Notes: generated by a model not told the origin, from the letters alone. DNA of 61,625 bases from Thermoleophilia bacterium (GCA_041660545.1 JBAZWE010000003.1:1-61625), one strand, 5' to 3'. Positions 11,078-21,087 are shown, counted from the first letter of the stretch. A program made the numbers and translations.

Positions 11078-11277
11078 CGCTCCTTTTGTACACAATGTAA
11101 TATTATCAATAATAGACAAATTTACAATATATTAAAGTAATTTATACGCAGCATCAGTGAAATTCCCGCAAATAGCGGCAAAAAATACGCCGGTTGTGTC
11201 ACTTGTGATAAGATTGCGGCGCGGTGCGGTTGACGGGCACGTAAATCAGGGTCCGAGGCTGTGTTGCATAAAAATAA

Positions 11278-13941
11278 ATGAACCAGGACACCCGCGAACA
11301 ACTGAAGACGAACACACGCTACTCGCCTGCCGACATCGAGTCGAAATGGATGAGCCGCTGGCTGGACGACAGGCTCTTTACCCCGAAGGAAGATTCCGCC
11401 AGGGAAGATTCCTACTGCATTGTGTTACCGCCGCCGAATGTCACCGGATCGCTGCACATGGGCCATGCCCTCAATTCCACCATCCAGGACCTGCTTATAC
11501 GCCTGCATCATATGAGGGGCGAGAACACTCTCTGGGTCTGCGGCACCGACCATGCCGGCATCGCCACCCAGAACCAGGTGGAGAAGCAGCTGGCGGGGGA
11601 GGGGACATCGCGCCAGGAGATCGGCCGTGAAGCCTTTGAGCAGCGCGTCTGGAAGTGGCGTGGCGAGTACGGCTCCACGATCATCAACCAGCTGAAGCGG
11701 ATGGGATGCTCGCTCGACTATGAGGGAGAGCGTTTCACGCTCGATGAAGGTTACGTGAAGGCCGTTTACCGCGTCTTTGTCGCCATGTATGAGAAGGGCT
11801 ACATATACCGTGACGAATACATGGTCAACTGGTGTACCCGCTGTCACACGGCCCTGTCCGACCTCGAAGTAGAGCACGAGGACGTCGAGGACAAACTTTA
11901 TTACCTGCGCTATCCCGTGGTTGGTGAAGACGAATACCTGGTGATCGCCACGGCGCGCCCCGAGACGATGCTGGGAGACACCGCAGTCGCGGTGAATCCC
12001 AAGGACATGCGCTATGCGCACCTGGTCGGCAAGAACATCAACCTGCCGCTGGTGGACCGCGAGATTCCCATCATCGCCGATAAATATGTCGACATGAGTT
12101 TCGGTACCGGCGCGTTGAAGATCACGCCCGCCCACGATCCCAATGACTTCGAGATCGGCAAGAAGCATGAGCTCGAGGAGATCAACGTCTTTACCTCCGA
12201 CGGACGCATCAATGAGGCCGGGGGCGAGTTTGCCGGGCTGGATCTCGTGGAGGCGCGCGCCCAGATCATGCACAGGCTCGAACGCGAAGACCTGGTGGAG
12301 AAGGTCGAGCCTTACAAGCACGCGGTCGGCGTCTGCTACCGCTGCAATACAAACATAGAACCGTATATCTCGCTGCAGTGGTTCATGCGCATGGACGAGC
12401 TGGCCCGTCCGGCCATAAATGTAGTGGAGAACGGTATGGTCAATTTTTATCCGAAGCGCTGGGCCGGGGTATACCTGGAGTGGATGCGCTCGATACGGCC
12501 ATGGTGTATCTCAAGACAGCTCTGGTGGGGTCACCGGCTTCCCGTCTGGTATTGCGAGGAATGCAGCGAGATAGTCGTGCGCGAAGAGGCTCCCACCAGC
12601 TGCCCCCATTGCCGTTCCGCCAACCTGCGCCAGGAAGAGGATGTTCTCGACACCTGGTTCAGCTCCGCCCTCTGGCCCTTTGCGACGCTTGGCTGGCCGG
12701 AGAGCACGTCGCGCATGGAGAGCTTCTATCCCACCGACGTGCTGGTCACGGCGCGTGACATCATCTTTCTCTGGGTCGCCCGCATGATCATGATGGGCAT
12801 GGAGTTTCCCAATGATATTCCCTACAGCGATGTCATCATCAATGCCACGATCATGGCCAAGGACGGCCGGCGCATGAGCAAGTCGCTCGGCACCGGCGTC
12901 GACCCGCTGGTGCTGATCGAGACTTACGGCGCCGACCCGACCCGTTTTGGCCTGCTTAACATGGCATCGTCCCAGGATGTGCGCTTCTCCGAGGAGCGCA
13001 TCGAGATGAGCCGTAATTTCTGCAACAAGATATTCAACGCGGCCCGGTTCGTCCTGCTCGGGGTCGAGCATGTCGAGGCGAAGGCCACACCCGTAACGCT
13101 TGCCGACCGCTGGATATTGAGCCGGTTTGAAGCGACCGCCGCCGACGTCAACCGTCTGCTGGATAAATACGAATTTGCCGAGGCGACAAAGCTGCTTTAC
13201 CGCTTCGTCTGGAACGAGTTCTGCGACTGGTACTTAGAGATCGTCAAGCTGCGGCTCTACGGTGATGACGATGAGGCGAAGCGGGAAGTGTCGGCGAACC
13301 TGCTCTTTTTGCTGGACAATATCCTGCGGATGCTGCACCCGCTGATGCCGTTCCTGACCGAGGAACTCTCGGCGCTGCTCCCGGGCGAGCGGGATTATCT
13401 CATCAATTCATCCTATCCCGCCGGTGACGGGTCCGCACGCGATGAAGTCGCGGAAAACGAGATGGAGCTTCTGATGGAAGCCGTGGTCTCGATCAGGACC
13501 ATGCGCAACGAGCTGGGTGTTTCTCCAAAGAAACCCGCGAAGGCGATTCTGGTCTCGGACGACGACGGCACCATAAGTGTGGTAGAGAACAACGCCACTC
13601 TGATAGAATCACTTACCAGGACCAGCCTGACTCAAAGCGTTCGCACAGAGAATGAGGTCACGGATGCCGGATCGCAGCCTGCCGTGGTGCTGATCCGGGG
13701 CGGGAAACTGCTGATTCCGATCCAGGAACTGATAGATGTAGAGCAGGAAAAGGCTCGCCTGAAGACGGCGATTTCAAAGAAAGAGCAGGAAGTTTCGCGC
13801 GCGCAGGGAAAATTGGGTAATAAGAATTTTGTCGCCAAGGCGCCTGAGGAGCTGGTCGAGCAGGAAAAGGCCAAGCTGGAACTATACGTGCGTGAAGTGG
13901 CTGAATTAAAACAGCAGTTCGAACGTTATTTCGGGGAGTAG
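11278..13941 (+). CDS. valS: Valine--tRNA ligase
   Basis: Class I signatures 'PPNVTGSLHMGHALN' (HIGH) and 'RRMSKSLGTG' (KMSKS). CP1 editing domain and C-terminal coiled coil, about 887 aa. Confidence 0.97.
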   Translation: MNQDTREQLKTNTRYSPADIESKWMSRWLDDRLFTPKEDSAREDSYCIVLPPPNVTGSLHMGHALNSTIQDLLIRLHHMRGENTLWVCGTDHAGIATQNQVEKQLAGEGTSRQEIGREAFEQRVWKWRGEYGSTIINQLKRMGCSLDYEGERFTLDEGYVKAVYRVFVAMYEKGYIYRDEYMVNWCTRCHTALSDLEVEHEDVEDKLYYLRYPVVGEDEYLVIATARPETMLGDTAVAVNPKDMRYAHLVGKNINLPLVDREIPIIADKYVDMSFGTGALKITPAHDPNDFEIGKKHELEEINVFTSDGRINEAGGEFAGLDLVEARAQIMHRLEREDLVEKVEPYKHAVGVCYRCNTNIEPYISLQWFMRMDELARPAINVVENGMVNFYPKRWAGVYLEWMRSIRPWCISRQLWWGHRLPVWYCEECSEIVVREEAPTSCPHCRSANLRQEEDVLDTWFSSALWPFATLGWPESTSRMESFYPTDVLVTARDIIFLWVARMIMMGMEFPNDIPYSDVIINATIMAKDGRRMSKSLGTGVDPLVLIETYGADPTRFGLLNMASSQDVRFSEERIEMSRNFCNKIFNAARFVLLGVEHVEAKATPVTLADRWILSRFEATAADVNRLLDKYEFAEATKLLYRFVWNEFCDWYLEIVKLRLYGDDDEAKREVSANLLFLLDNILRMLHPLMPFLTEELSALLPGERDYLINSSYPAGDGSARDEVAENEMELLMEAVVSIRTMRNELGVSPKKPAKAILVSDDDGTISVVENNATLIESLTRTSLTQSVRTENEVTDAGSQPAVVLIRGGKLLIPIQELIDVEQEKARLKTAISKKEQEVSRAQGKLGNKNFVAKAPEELVEQEKAKLELYVREVAELKQQFERYFGE

Positions 13942-15882
13942 ATGGCAAAAGCCGCTAAAAAACCAAAAAAGCAGGTCAAAAATGCAAAGACTTCTGTGAA
14001 AAAGCCTGCTAAGCCGACAAAGAAAAGCACGGCGAAACCGGCGGCACGGTCCGCAAAGACCGCGAAAAAAACAGTAAAAAAACCGTCGAAACCGGCCGCA
14101 AAGGCTCCAACGAAGAAAAAACCGGTTGCAAAGGCTGCGCCAAAGAAAAAGCCGGCCAAGCCGGCGGCAAAAAAAATAGCAGCCAAAAAGCCTGCAAAGC
14201 CGGCAAAAACTGCAAAAACCAGGAAACCGGTCAAACCATCTCCAAAGGCTCCGGCAAAGAAACCAAAGGCGCCCGCTGCCAAAACCGCAAAAACGCCGGC
14301 GAAGAAGGCTGTCGAAAAAAAGCCCTCCAGAACCTTAAAGGCTCTTGAAAAAAAGCACGCCAGGGTTGGAAAGGCCGCCAAGGAAGCCAAGGATGCCAAA
14401 GAGGCAAAGAAAACAAAGGGCAAGGTATCCGGGAAAGCACCTTCAAAAAAGGCTAAAAAAGCTCCCGCGGCCGCCCCGGTAAAAGCACCCGCAAAGGCCG
14501 CCGGCAAGAAACCGGCAAAGGCTCCCGCAAGAAAGCCCGCGAAAAAGGGTCCCTCGAAATCTTTCGAAGCGCCGCCGTCAAGGCCGAGGCCCGCGCTTCA
14601 TGTTCCTTCGGCCGAGGTAGCCCGCTATTTATCGGAACTCGAGCGGCTCGGCATGAAATTCGGGCTGGCTCGCATCGAAAAGCTTCTAAAGGCGCTCGGG
14701 AATCCCGAGAAACGCCTGAAAACCATCCATATCGTCGGTACGAACGGCAAATCATCCACGGCGCGCATGCTTTCGTCAATCTTGACGGCGCATGGCCTGA
14801 AGACGGGCACATACGTATCGCCTCATCTGGTCTCATTCACGGAGCGCATCCTCGTCAACGGCAAGGAGATCACCGAGCCGAAATTCGAGAAGCTGATCAT
14901 GGAGGTCAAGGAAAAGGCGGAAGATGTAAACAAGCGTTCACGCAGCAGCGGTCCGCTCACCCAGTTCGAGATCCTGACCGCCGCCGCCCTGCTCTATTTC
15001 AAGCAGCAAAAGGTGGGGGTGGCCGTCATCGAGGCCGGCCTGGGCGGACGTTACGACGCCACCAACGTCACGGATTCCAAGGTGCAGGTCATCACGAATA
15101 TCGAGCTGGAGCACACTGACCTGCTCGGAAAGACGGTGCCCGCGATTCTCAGGGAGAAGGCGGCCGTTATTCCGGAAAAGGGCAATGTCGTCTTAGGGGC
15201 GCTATCGGATGAGGCTATGGCCGAGGCGATGAAGATCTGCGAGCGCCAGAAGGCGAAGACGACGGTGCTCGGCGAGGAATTCTCCCTGCTGAAAGGCAGG
15301 GGAGACAAGTTCGATGTCTGGACGGCAAGAACCCAGTACTCCGACATGTCGCTGACCCTGCTAGGTCAGTACCAGAGGACCAATTGCGCCGTGGCGATGC
15401 AGGCCGCGGAGATATATTTGCACAAAGCCCTGGATGAGAAAAAACTGCGCCGGGCCCTGCCGCGCATCTCGATTCCGGCGCGCCTTGAGATAATCGCGGA
15501 GAAACCGCTGGTCGTCCTGGATGGAGCCCATAACCCCAGCGGCATCGAAGAGCTGATCCATTCGCTGGAGCCGATGACCAGGGGCAAGAGAGTCATCGGT
15601 GTAGTCTCCATTCTCAAGGACAAGAATTACGAGAAGATGCTGGAACGGCTGCTCGAATTTTGTGATATCTTATTCATCACCGAGAATTCGAACGAGCGCT
15701 GCATGTCGGCACAGGAGATGTCCAGGCTGCCGGTTGTGCTCGAGAGTCACGTGCAGACGTTCGTTGCTCCGGACAGCCAGTCGGCACTGGAGAGCGCTTT
15801 CAAGCTGACTTCGACCCGCGATGTCATCCTCGTGACCGGTTCGCTGTACCTGCTGGCAGACATCAAGAAACGGATGGCATAG
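13942..15882 (+). CDS. folC: Folylpolyglutamate synthase / dihydrofolate synthase with a ~215-aa Lys/Ala/Pro-rich N-terminal extension
   Basis: The Mur-ligase/FolC core starts near aa 220 ('YLSELERLGMKFGLARIEKLLKALGNPEKRLKTIHIVGTNGKSSTA'). The first ~215 codons are degenerate KKPAKPA/AKKPAK repeats in the same frame. The ATG directly abuts the valS stop (TAGATG). An alternative internal ATG is at 14653. Confidence 0.88.
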   Translation: MAKAAKKPKKQVKNAKTSVKKPAKPTKKSTAKPAARSAKTAKKTVKKPSKPAAKAPTKKKPVAKAAPKKKPAKPAAKKIAAKKPAKPAKTAKTRKPVKPSPKAPAKKPKAPAAKTAKTPAKKAVEKKPSRTLKALEKKHARVGKAAKEAKDAKEAKKTKGKVSGKAPSKKAKKAPAAAPVKAPAKAAGKKPAKAPARKPAKKGPSKSFEAPPSRPRPALHVPSAEVARYLSELERLGMKFGLARIEKLLKALGNPEKRLKTIHIVGTNGKSSTARMLSSILTAHGLKTGTYVSPHLVSFTERILVNGKEITEPKFEKLIMEVKEKAEDVNKRSRSSGPLTQFEILTAAALLYFKQQKVGVAVIEAGLGGRYDATNVTDSKVQVITNIELEHTDLLGKTVPAILREKAAVIPEKGNVVLGALSDEAMAEAMKICERQKAKTTVLGEEFSLLKGRGDKFDVWTARTQYSDMSLTLLGQYQRTNCAVAMQAAEIYLHKALDEKKLRRALPRISIPARLEIIAEKPLVVLDGAHNPSGIEELIHSLEPMTRGKRVIGVVSILKDKNYEKMLERLLEFCDILFITENSNERCMSAQEMSRLPVVLESHVQTFVAPDSQSALESAFKLTSTRDVILVTGSLYLLADIKKRMA

Positions 15883-16054
15883 GGCCGGCGCCCTTGCGCG
15901 AAACCAGCTTGGCTGAAGAAAAAATGATGAAGGGCCTCCAAGTTCTAATAAGGCCGGGCAGACAGGGGTATCATTGCACTTAATAATCTTGCAGACAGAC
16001 GCGGCAAACGGAGCAGAAGGCTTCTTTAATTCCAGCACCTGGAGATTCCTGACC

Positions 16055-16480
16055 ATGATAACCCAGGTGATGATCGCAGCCCTCTGGCTGGCGCTGGTAT
16101 TCTGGACATACAAGGACGCCAGGCGGCGGATCACGGATCCCGTGCTTATCGGTGTTTCCGTGGCGACTTCGTTCTTCTTCCCCTTCGTGGGCACCATCTT
16201 TTATACCATCCTGCGCCCGCCGGAATATCTCGAAGACGTTCTCGAACGCGACCTCGAGATCAGGGCCAGGGAGCAGGAACTTGTAGGGGGCGGTCAGCGT
16301 TGCCCGGCATGCCGTACGGCGGTCCGCGACGATTATATCGTCTGCCCCAAATGCAGGCGGCAGCTTAAATCTCCCTGCAGGAAATGCAGCCGGCCGCTCG
16401 ATCCCACATGGCGCGTATGTCCGTATTGCGAAGCGGACGTCAAGGCTCCGGTTGTTCAGGAAGACGAGCTGTTCGCTTAA
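16055..16480 (+). CDS. Membrane-anchored double zinc-ribbon protein
   Basis: Two N-terminal hydrophobic helices ('MITQVMIAALWLALVFW', 'VLIGVSVATSFFFPFVGTIFYTIL') are followed by 'CPACRTAVRDDYIVCPKCRRQLKSPCRKCSRPLDPTWRVCPYCEA', four CxxC pairs. GGAGA lies 9 nt before the ATG at 16055. The ORF track begins at 15974. Confidence 0.6.
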   Translation: MITQVMIAALWLALVFWTYKDARRRITDPVLIGVSVATSFFFPFVGTIFYTILRPPEYLEDVLERDLEIRAREQELVGGGQRCPACRTAVRDDYIVCPKCRRQLKSPCRKCSRPLDPTWRVCPYCEADVKAPVVQEDELFA

Positions 16481-16674
16481 AAAACTTCGCGCTCCGGTGT
16501 GACGATTCAGTTAGACATTCTCATAAAACCGGGATATCGATGAATTTCTGACGTGCGGAGGAATCGAAGCCGATGCGCACGCAAATGTTTATTGGAACCA
16601 GACTCGAAGCAAAATAATCAATGGCATTCAGTGGCGATCAGCGCCGGAGAATCCAGAAACAGGCAGGAGGAATC

Positions 16675-17088
16675 GTGGAACGTACTTTTGTAATGGTTAA
16701 ACCGGGGGCCGTGGCCCGCGGGCTGGTTGGAGAGATCATCACCCGTTTTGAACACAGGGGTTTTCGGATCAGGGCCATGAAATTCATGCAGCTCGACAGA
16801 GGGCTTGCCGAGGAGCACTACTCCGAGCACAAGGAAAAAGACTTTTTCGGCGGCCTGGTAAGTTCCATAACATCAGGTCCGGTGGCGGCGTTCGTGCTCG
16901 AAGGGCCGGAGGCCATCTCCGTGGTCCGCAAGATGATGGGCGGCACCAATCCGCTGGCGGCGGAGCCCGGTACGATTCGCGGAGATTACGGACTCGACAT
17001 AGAGGCCAACATCGTCCATGGATCAGACGGAGCCGCCAGCGCCGAACGTGAGATCGGGCTTTATTTTAATGAGAGTGAGATAGTCTAG
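16675..17088 (+). CDS. ndk: Nucleoside-diphosphate kinase
   Basis: '[12 protein letters not shown]' and the active-site His in 'NIVHGSDG'. GTG at 16675 is preceded by AGGAGGA. The ORF track starts at 16621. Confidence 0.94.
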   Translation: MERTFVMVKPGAVARGLVGEIITRFEHRGFRIRAMKFMQLDRGLAEEHYSEHKEKDFFGGLVSSITSGPVAAFVLEGPEAISVVRKMMGGTNPLAAEPGTIRGDYGLDIEANIVHGSDGAASAEREIGLYFNESEIV

Positions 17089-17098
17089 CGCCAAGCGT

Positions 17099-17728
17099 TT
17101 GAAAACAGACACCGCTGTGATTCTCGCCTCCAAATCACCCCAGCGCAAGGCGTTGCTTGAAGCTCTCGGCATCGAGTTCGATGTACTGCTCCCCGATTAC
17201 GAGGAGGAAGATCTCCCGGGTGAGTCTCCGGCCGACCTGGTGGAGAGGCACAGCAGGGGTAAGGCCAACTCTGTTTTTTCCCATCTGAGTGCAAAATTTT
17301 CTGGTAGCGCCGTCCTCGGCGTTGACACTATGGTTGTGATTGATGGCAAGGCTTTGGGAAAGGCCAGCGACGAGCATGAGGCGCTCGATTTCCTCAAGCG
17401 GTTATCTGGAAGGGCTCACCTTGTTTACAGCGGCCTGACGCTGCTGTGGGCCGGTGATGCTTCAGGAGTGATTAAAGAGAAGACTGCACACGCGGTTACC
17501 GAGGTAAGGTTCCGTCCTGTGGCGGAGTTCGAGCTGGAATCCTATGTCGCTACCGGCGAGTGGCGCGGGCGGGCCGGCGCCTATGCGATCCAGGGACGGG
17601 CTTCGGCGTTTGTCGAAGCGATTGACGGCGACTATACCAATGTAGTGGGACTACCGGTGCCGCTGTTGGTGGATATGCTGCGCGAGTGGGGGCAGTGGCC
17701 GCCGCAAGGGTGGAGCACAGGCAGGTAG
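17099..17728 (+). CDS. maf: Maf-like nucleoside triphosphate pyrophosphatase (septum formation protein)
   Basis: 'VILASKSPQRKALLEALGI', 'LGVDTMVVIDG' and 'GAYAIQGRASAFVEAIDGDYTNVVGLP' match the Maf family pattern. Confidence 0.88.
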   Translation: MKTDTAVILASKSPQRKALLEALGIEFDVLLPDYEEEDLPGESPADLVERHSRGKANSVFSHLSAKFSGSAVLGVDTMVVIDGKALGKASDEHEALDFLKRLSGRAHLVYSGLTLLWAGDASGVIKEKTAHAVTEVRFRPVAEFELESYVATGEWRGRAGAYAIQGRASAFVEAIDGDYTNVVGLPVPLLVDMLREWGQWPPQGWSTGR

Positions 17729-17849
17729 GCTCAAAGCAGGCCGCAAAGAATCACTCAATACCGTGAATCGCAGTAATAAAAGTATCCTCCCAGATTAATC
17801 AAATTAAAATCACAAATCACATTTGTATTAAAAATCCTGATAAAACTTA

Positions 17850-17878
17850 TTGACATTTATTCTACCGGGTAATATTGT
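17850..17878 (+). promoter_or_regulatory. Sigma-70-like promoter candidate for the beta-helix gene
   Basis: TTGACA (17850-17855), a 17-nt spacer and TATTGT (17873-17878), inside a conspicuously A/T-rich 280-nt intergenic region. A second TTGACA at 17878-17883 overlaps it. Confidence 0.4.
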
Positions 17879-18012
17879 TGACAAATCTTATCAGCCTGAC
17901 TACATCAGGTATAAATAGGATCAGGATACACGGGGGTCAGTCAAGGCCAAGCAAGAAAGTTTATAAGCTTCGGGCTTTCCATTTAGGGGTTAGACGGGAA
18001 AGGGGTTAGGAT

Positions 18013-20850
18013 ATGGGCTCAAAAGGTGTTGCTTCACGCATTATTTTCGATAGAATTTTCATGGATGGCGCGCGCCGGCGCGCTTTTTTGTTTGTCTTTA
18101 CGGCAGTACTATTCTTAATATTCTTATCTCTTTTCAACAGCGGACAAGCGGCCACTGCTTACACGATCAGCGACGATGTTACAGGTGGACAATGCACGCT
18201 GATCGGCACCTGGGACGCGGCGACCAAGACCTGTACCCTAACCACGGATGTTGTGGCAACCGGCACCGATGGGATCACGATTGGCAGCGACGGCATCACG
18301 CTTGACGGCGCCGGGCATACCATCACCGGGAACAATACATATGGCCCCAAGGGTGTCAGACTTACGTCCAGAACCGGTGTAACCGTAAGGAATCTGAAAG
18401 TCAGACAGTTTGCTGCCGGCATATATGTGTATGCCTCATCAGCATGCAACGTGAGTGATAATACGGTATCAGGCAACGACACCGGGATCGAGATCGCTTC
18501 AGACGAATTTCTTGGCATTTATTCCGATAACAACGTGGTATCTGGAAATGCCGTTATCTCGAACAACTTCGGAATCTATCTCAGGGCGGCACGCAGCAAT
18601 ACATTTTCCGGTAATCTCATAAGCTCGAATACGAGTGCCGGGATGAGGGTTGAATATTACCCCTACGCCGGCGGGAGCGCCTACAATGTTATTTCCGGTA
18701 ATGTGATCGATGGTGGCAGCAGCGGCATCACATTCGCGGGTTCACACTACAACCTGGTCAAGGGCAACACGATAAGTTCAAACGTGACAGGTATTGATTT
18801 TCGTTCCTATACATACAGGTTTCCAGAATACTCCAGTTACAACTCCACCTATAACAATAATTTTATCAACAACGCCACGCAATCCGTCGTAAACGGAGGG
18901 ACTGGCAACATCTTTGACAAGCCATTGCCTGATGGCGGGAATTACTGGAGCAACTGGACTGCACCGGATAATAATCATGACGGCCTTGTTGACACTCCAT
19001 TTGTGTTTAGTGGCGGGCAGGATACGCGCCCGTGGTCGAATCTGACGGGATGGTCCCAAGGCAATCCGGCTTTGGCGCCACCAACGGTCAGCAACGTTCA
19101 GCCAGCCGGGACCATAAATTCGGCCTCGGCCACAATAAGCGCTGATTATTCAGATTCCACGGGCATCGATCCGGCTTCCGTCATCATGTCCATGGACGGG
19201 GCCACCCTGACCGACTGCACAGCTTCGGCCACATCCGTCAGCTGTCCCGTTTCAGGTCTGACCGAGGGTTCTCATACCATCCTGGGCCTTGTGGCCGACA
19301 ATGCCGGCAATGCGAGCCCGATCAACGGGAGCTTTACATACGTGTTTGTGCAGTCGGATACCACTGTGCCGGTTGTGACGTACTCAAACCCCCGATTTGT
19401 TAATCCACCCGACGGTGGAAACGGATATCCGCCCATCGAGACAACATATGCCACACTGCAGGCATCTTTCACCGACCCCGGTTATTCAACCGGCGTGGAT
19501 ATCTCTTCAGCAACTGCCAGCCTAAACGGTGGAGCCCCGACAAGCTGCACGGCCGCGGGTTCTGTAAGCGGGACCATCAGCTGCGTCGTCGATGGGCTGT
19601 CAGTCGGAGAATATGACGTCACCATAAGTCTGACGGACAACTGGGGCAATACCGGAACCGGGACCGGCCATTTCCATGTCGGATTTCCATTACAGATTCG
19701 GGACGACGCCACCGGCGGCGATTGTCTGCAGATAGGAACCTGGGATCAAGCCACAAAAACCTGCACTCTGACAAGTGACGTCGGCCCTTACTATCATTAC
19801 GCAAGCTGGTACTATTATCCTGTGACAGCGATGAGCATACTGAGTGACGGCATCACGATTAATGGCAACGGTCACAGGATAAACGGCACATGGTCGATAG
19901 ATGGATGGGGAGAACCAGCTATCAGAATCTCCGGCAGGGATAAAATAAGAATCCGCAACGCTGTTTTCAGCAACTGGTCAATCGCATGTGAGAACAGCAG
20001 CAATATCGAGATTACCAATAATACCTTTGGCGGTGAAGGCTGGGTCTGGGTTAACTTATACAACCTCAACCATGTTCTGATTGACTCGAACGCTTTTACA
20101 GGCGCAACAAGCGGATATGCCAATGGTTTGGGTGCCAATATCATGCAGAATACGCTTATCGAGAATAACAGCTTCACGACCGCCACCGCGACAGGATTAG
20201 TTCTCGATGGCACTGGAAATACCGTCAGAAGAAATACCTTCTCCAATAACAACACAGGACTATGGCTCCAGGGCGACGGCAACTCAGTCTATAACAACAG
20301 CTTCATCGCCAACACTGGAGCCCAGATTCAGGCTTCCGGGGCAATTGACTTCAACCAGGCCTCGCCCGTCGGCGGTAATTACTTTGACAACTTCGATCAG
20401 GTTGCGGAAGGGTGTGTGGATGGGAACGGTGACGGTTTCTGTGACGCACCCTTTGTTTTCAGCGGTAGCCAGGACAATCTGCCGTGGACTGTCAGGGATG
20501 GCTGGACGACATCGCCGCTGTTTACCGTCAAGCCGTCGCTATCGATCAGTCCCAGCAGGGTTTACTGGGCGTCTTATTCAGACTACCTTTTGAATAAGCT
20601 GTCCGCCGACATGGCGATCGCCAACTCGGGAACCGGCAACGCTGTCAACGTTCGCCTGACAGGCAGTACAAATTCCGGTGGTGTCAGCCTGCTTACAGCG
20701 CTACCTTGTAATGTAGGCGGCAATATCGCGTCGGGCTCATCAGCAGCATTGACGCTGACTTACAATATTCCACCGGGCGTGACCGGCTGGAGGAGTAGTT
20801 TTACAGCGTCGGCCGAGAATGACTTCGGCAACAGTTACACTTATCCGTAA
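18013..20850 (+). CDS. Secreted right-handed parallel beta-helix (NosD/PbH1-like) repeat protein with an internally duplicated module, Ig-like domains and a CARDB-like C-terminus
   Basis: Sec signal peptide 'RRRAFLFVFTAVLFLIFLSLFNSGQAATA'. Many ~22-aa 'N.VSGN.I..N..GI' beta-helix turns. Two homologous modules are bracketed by 'DDVTGGQCTLIGTWDAATKTCTLTTDV' / 'DDATGGDCLQIGTWDQATKTCTLTSDV' and by 'GGNYWSNW...FVFSGGQDTRPW' / 'GGNYFDNF...FVFSGSQDNLPW'. An alternative start is the ATG at 18061. Confidence 0.7.
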   Translation: MGSKGVASRIIFDRIFMDGARRRAFLFVFTAVLFLIFLSLFNSGQAATAYTISDDVTGGQCTLIGTWDAATKTCTLTTDVVATGTDGITIGSDGITLDGAGHTITGNNTYGPKGVRLTSRTGVTVRNLKVRQFAAGIYVYASSACNVSDNTVSGNDTGIEIASDEFLGIYSDNNVVSGNAVISNNFGIYLRAARSNTFSGNLISSNTSAGMRVEYYPYAGGSAYNVISGNVIDGGSSGITFAGSHYNLVKGNTISSNVTGIDFRSYTYRFPEYSSYNSTYNNNFINNATQSVVNGGTGNIFDKPLPDGGNYWSNWTAPDNNHDGLVDTPFVFSGGQDTRPWSNLTGWSQGNPALAPPTVSNVQPAGTINSASATISADYSDSTGIDPASVIMSMDGATLTDCTASATSVSCPVSGLTEGSHTILGLVADNAGNASPINGSFTYVFVQSDTTVPVVTYSNPRFVNPPDGGNGYPPIETTYATLQASFTDPGYSTGVDISSATASLNGGAPTSCTAAGSVSGTISCVVDGLSVGEYDVTISLTDNWGNTGTGTGHFHVGFPLQIRDDATGGDCLQIGTWDQATKTCTLTSDVGPYYHYASWYYYPVTAMSILSDGITINGNGHRINGTWSIDGWGEPAIRISGRDKIRIRNAVFSNWSIACENSSNIEITNNTFGGEGWVWVNLYNLNHVLIDSNAFTGATSGYANGLGANIMQNTLIENNSFTTATATGLVLDGTGNTVRRNTFSNNNTGLWLQGDGNSVYNNSFIANTGAQIQASGAIDFNQASPVGGNYFDNFDQVAEGCVDGNGDGFCDAPFVFSGSQDNLPWTVRDGWTTSPLFTVKPSLSISPSRVYWASYSDYLLNKLSADMAIANSGTGNAVNVRLTGSTNSGGVSLLTALPCNVGGNIASGSSAALTLTYNIPPGVTGWRSSFTASAENDFGNSYTYP

Positions 20851-20922
20851 AAACGGAAAATGCGCCAGGGCTGAAGATCGAAAGCCGCGTGCGCCAGTGT
20901 TTACAATGTGGGGGCGCTGCAT

Positions 20923-20944
20923 AGCGGCGTCTCCCGCTTTTTTC
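20923..20944 (+). terminator. Weak intrinsic terminator candidate after the beta-helix gene
   Basis: AGCGG-cgtctc-CCGCT followed by TTTTTT. The stem is only 5 bp. Confidence 0.35.
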
Positions 20945-21059
20945 ACGTGGCCTCTGTCTGGCTCGGAGCCTGCCCTGAACGCAATGATGGGATGATATCT
21001 AAAGCCGGGAATCACCCTATAGACTGGACCTGTACTTGAGGGTTAAAAACCACTCCACT

Positions 21060-21087
21060 TTGTCCCCTGCCTTAATTGTTATATAAT
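21060..21087 (+). promoter_or_regulatory. Sigma-70-like promoter candidate upstream of mreB
   Basis: TTGTCC (21060-21065), a 16-nt spacer and TATAAT (21082-21087). It is followed by the hairpin GCTCC-TTCA-GGAGC. Confidence 0.4.

Noticed and set aside
11120-11277. A T-box leader upstream of valS.
   Set aside because: Only about 150 nt are available. I see no specifier-loop/T-box (AANNNGGTGGNACCGCG-like) sequence and no terminator/antiterminator pair.
13926-14507. A 193-aa Phe/Ala/Gly-rich ORF on the minus strand that looks like a polytopic membrane protein.
   Set aside because: It is the exact antisense of the Lys/Ala/Pro repeat region of folC (AAA/AAG/GCC/CCG read backwards gives F/L/G/A). 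It has no RBS or independent support.
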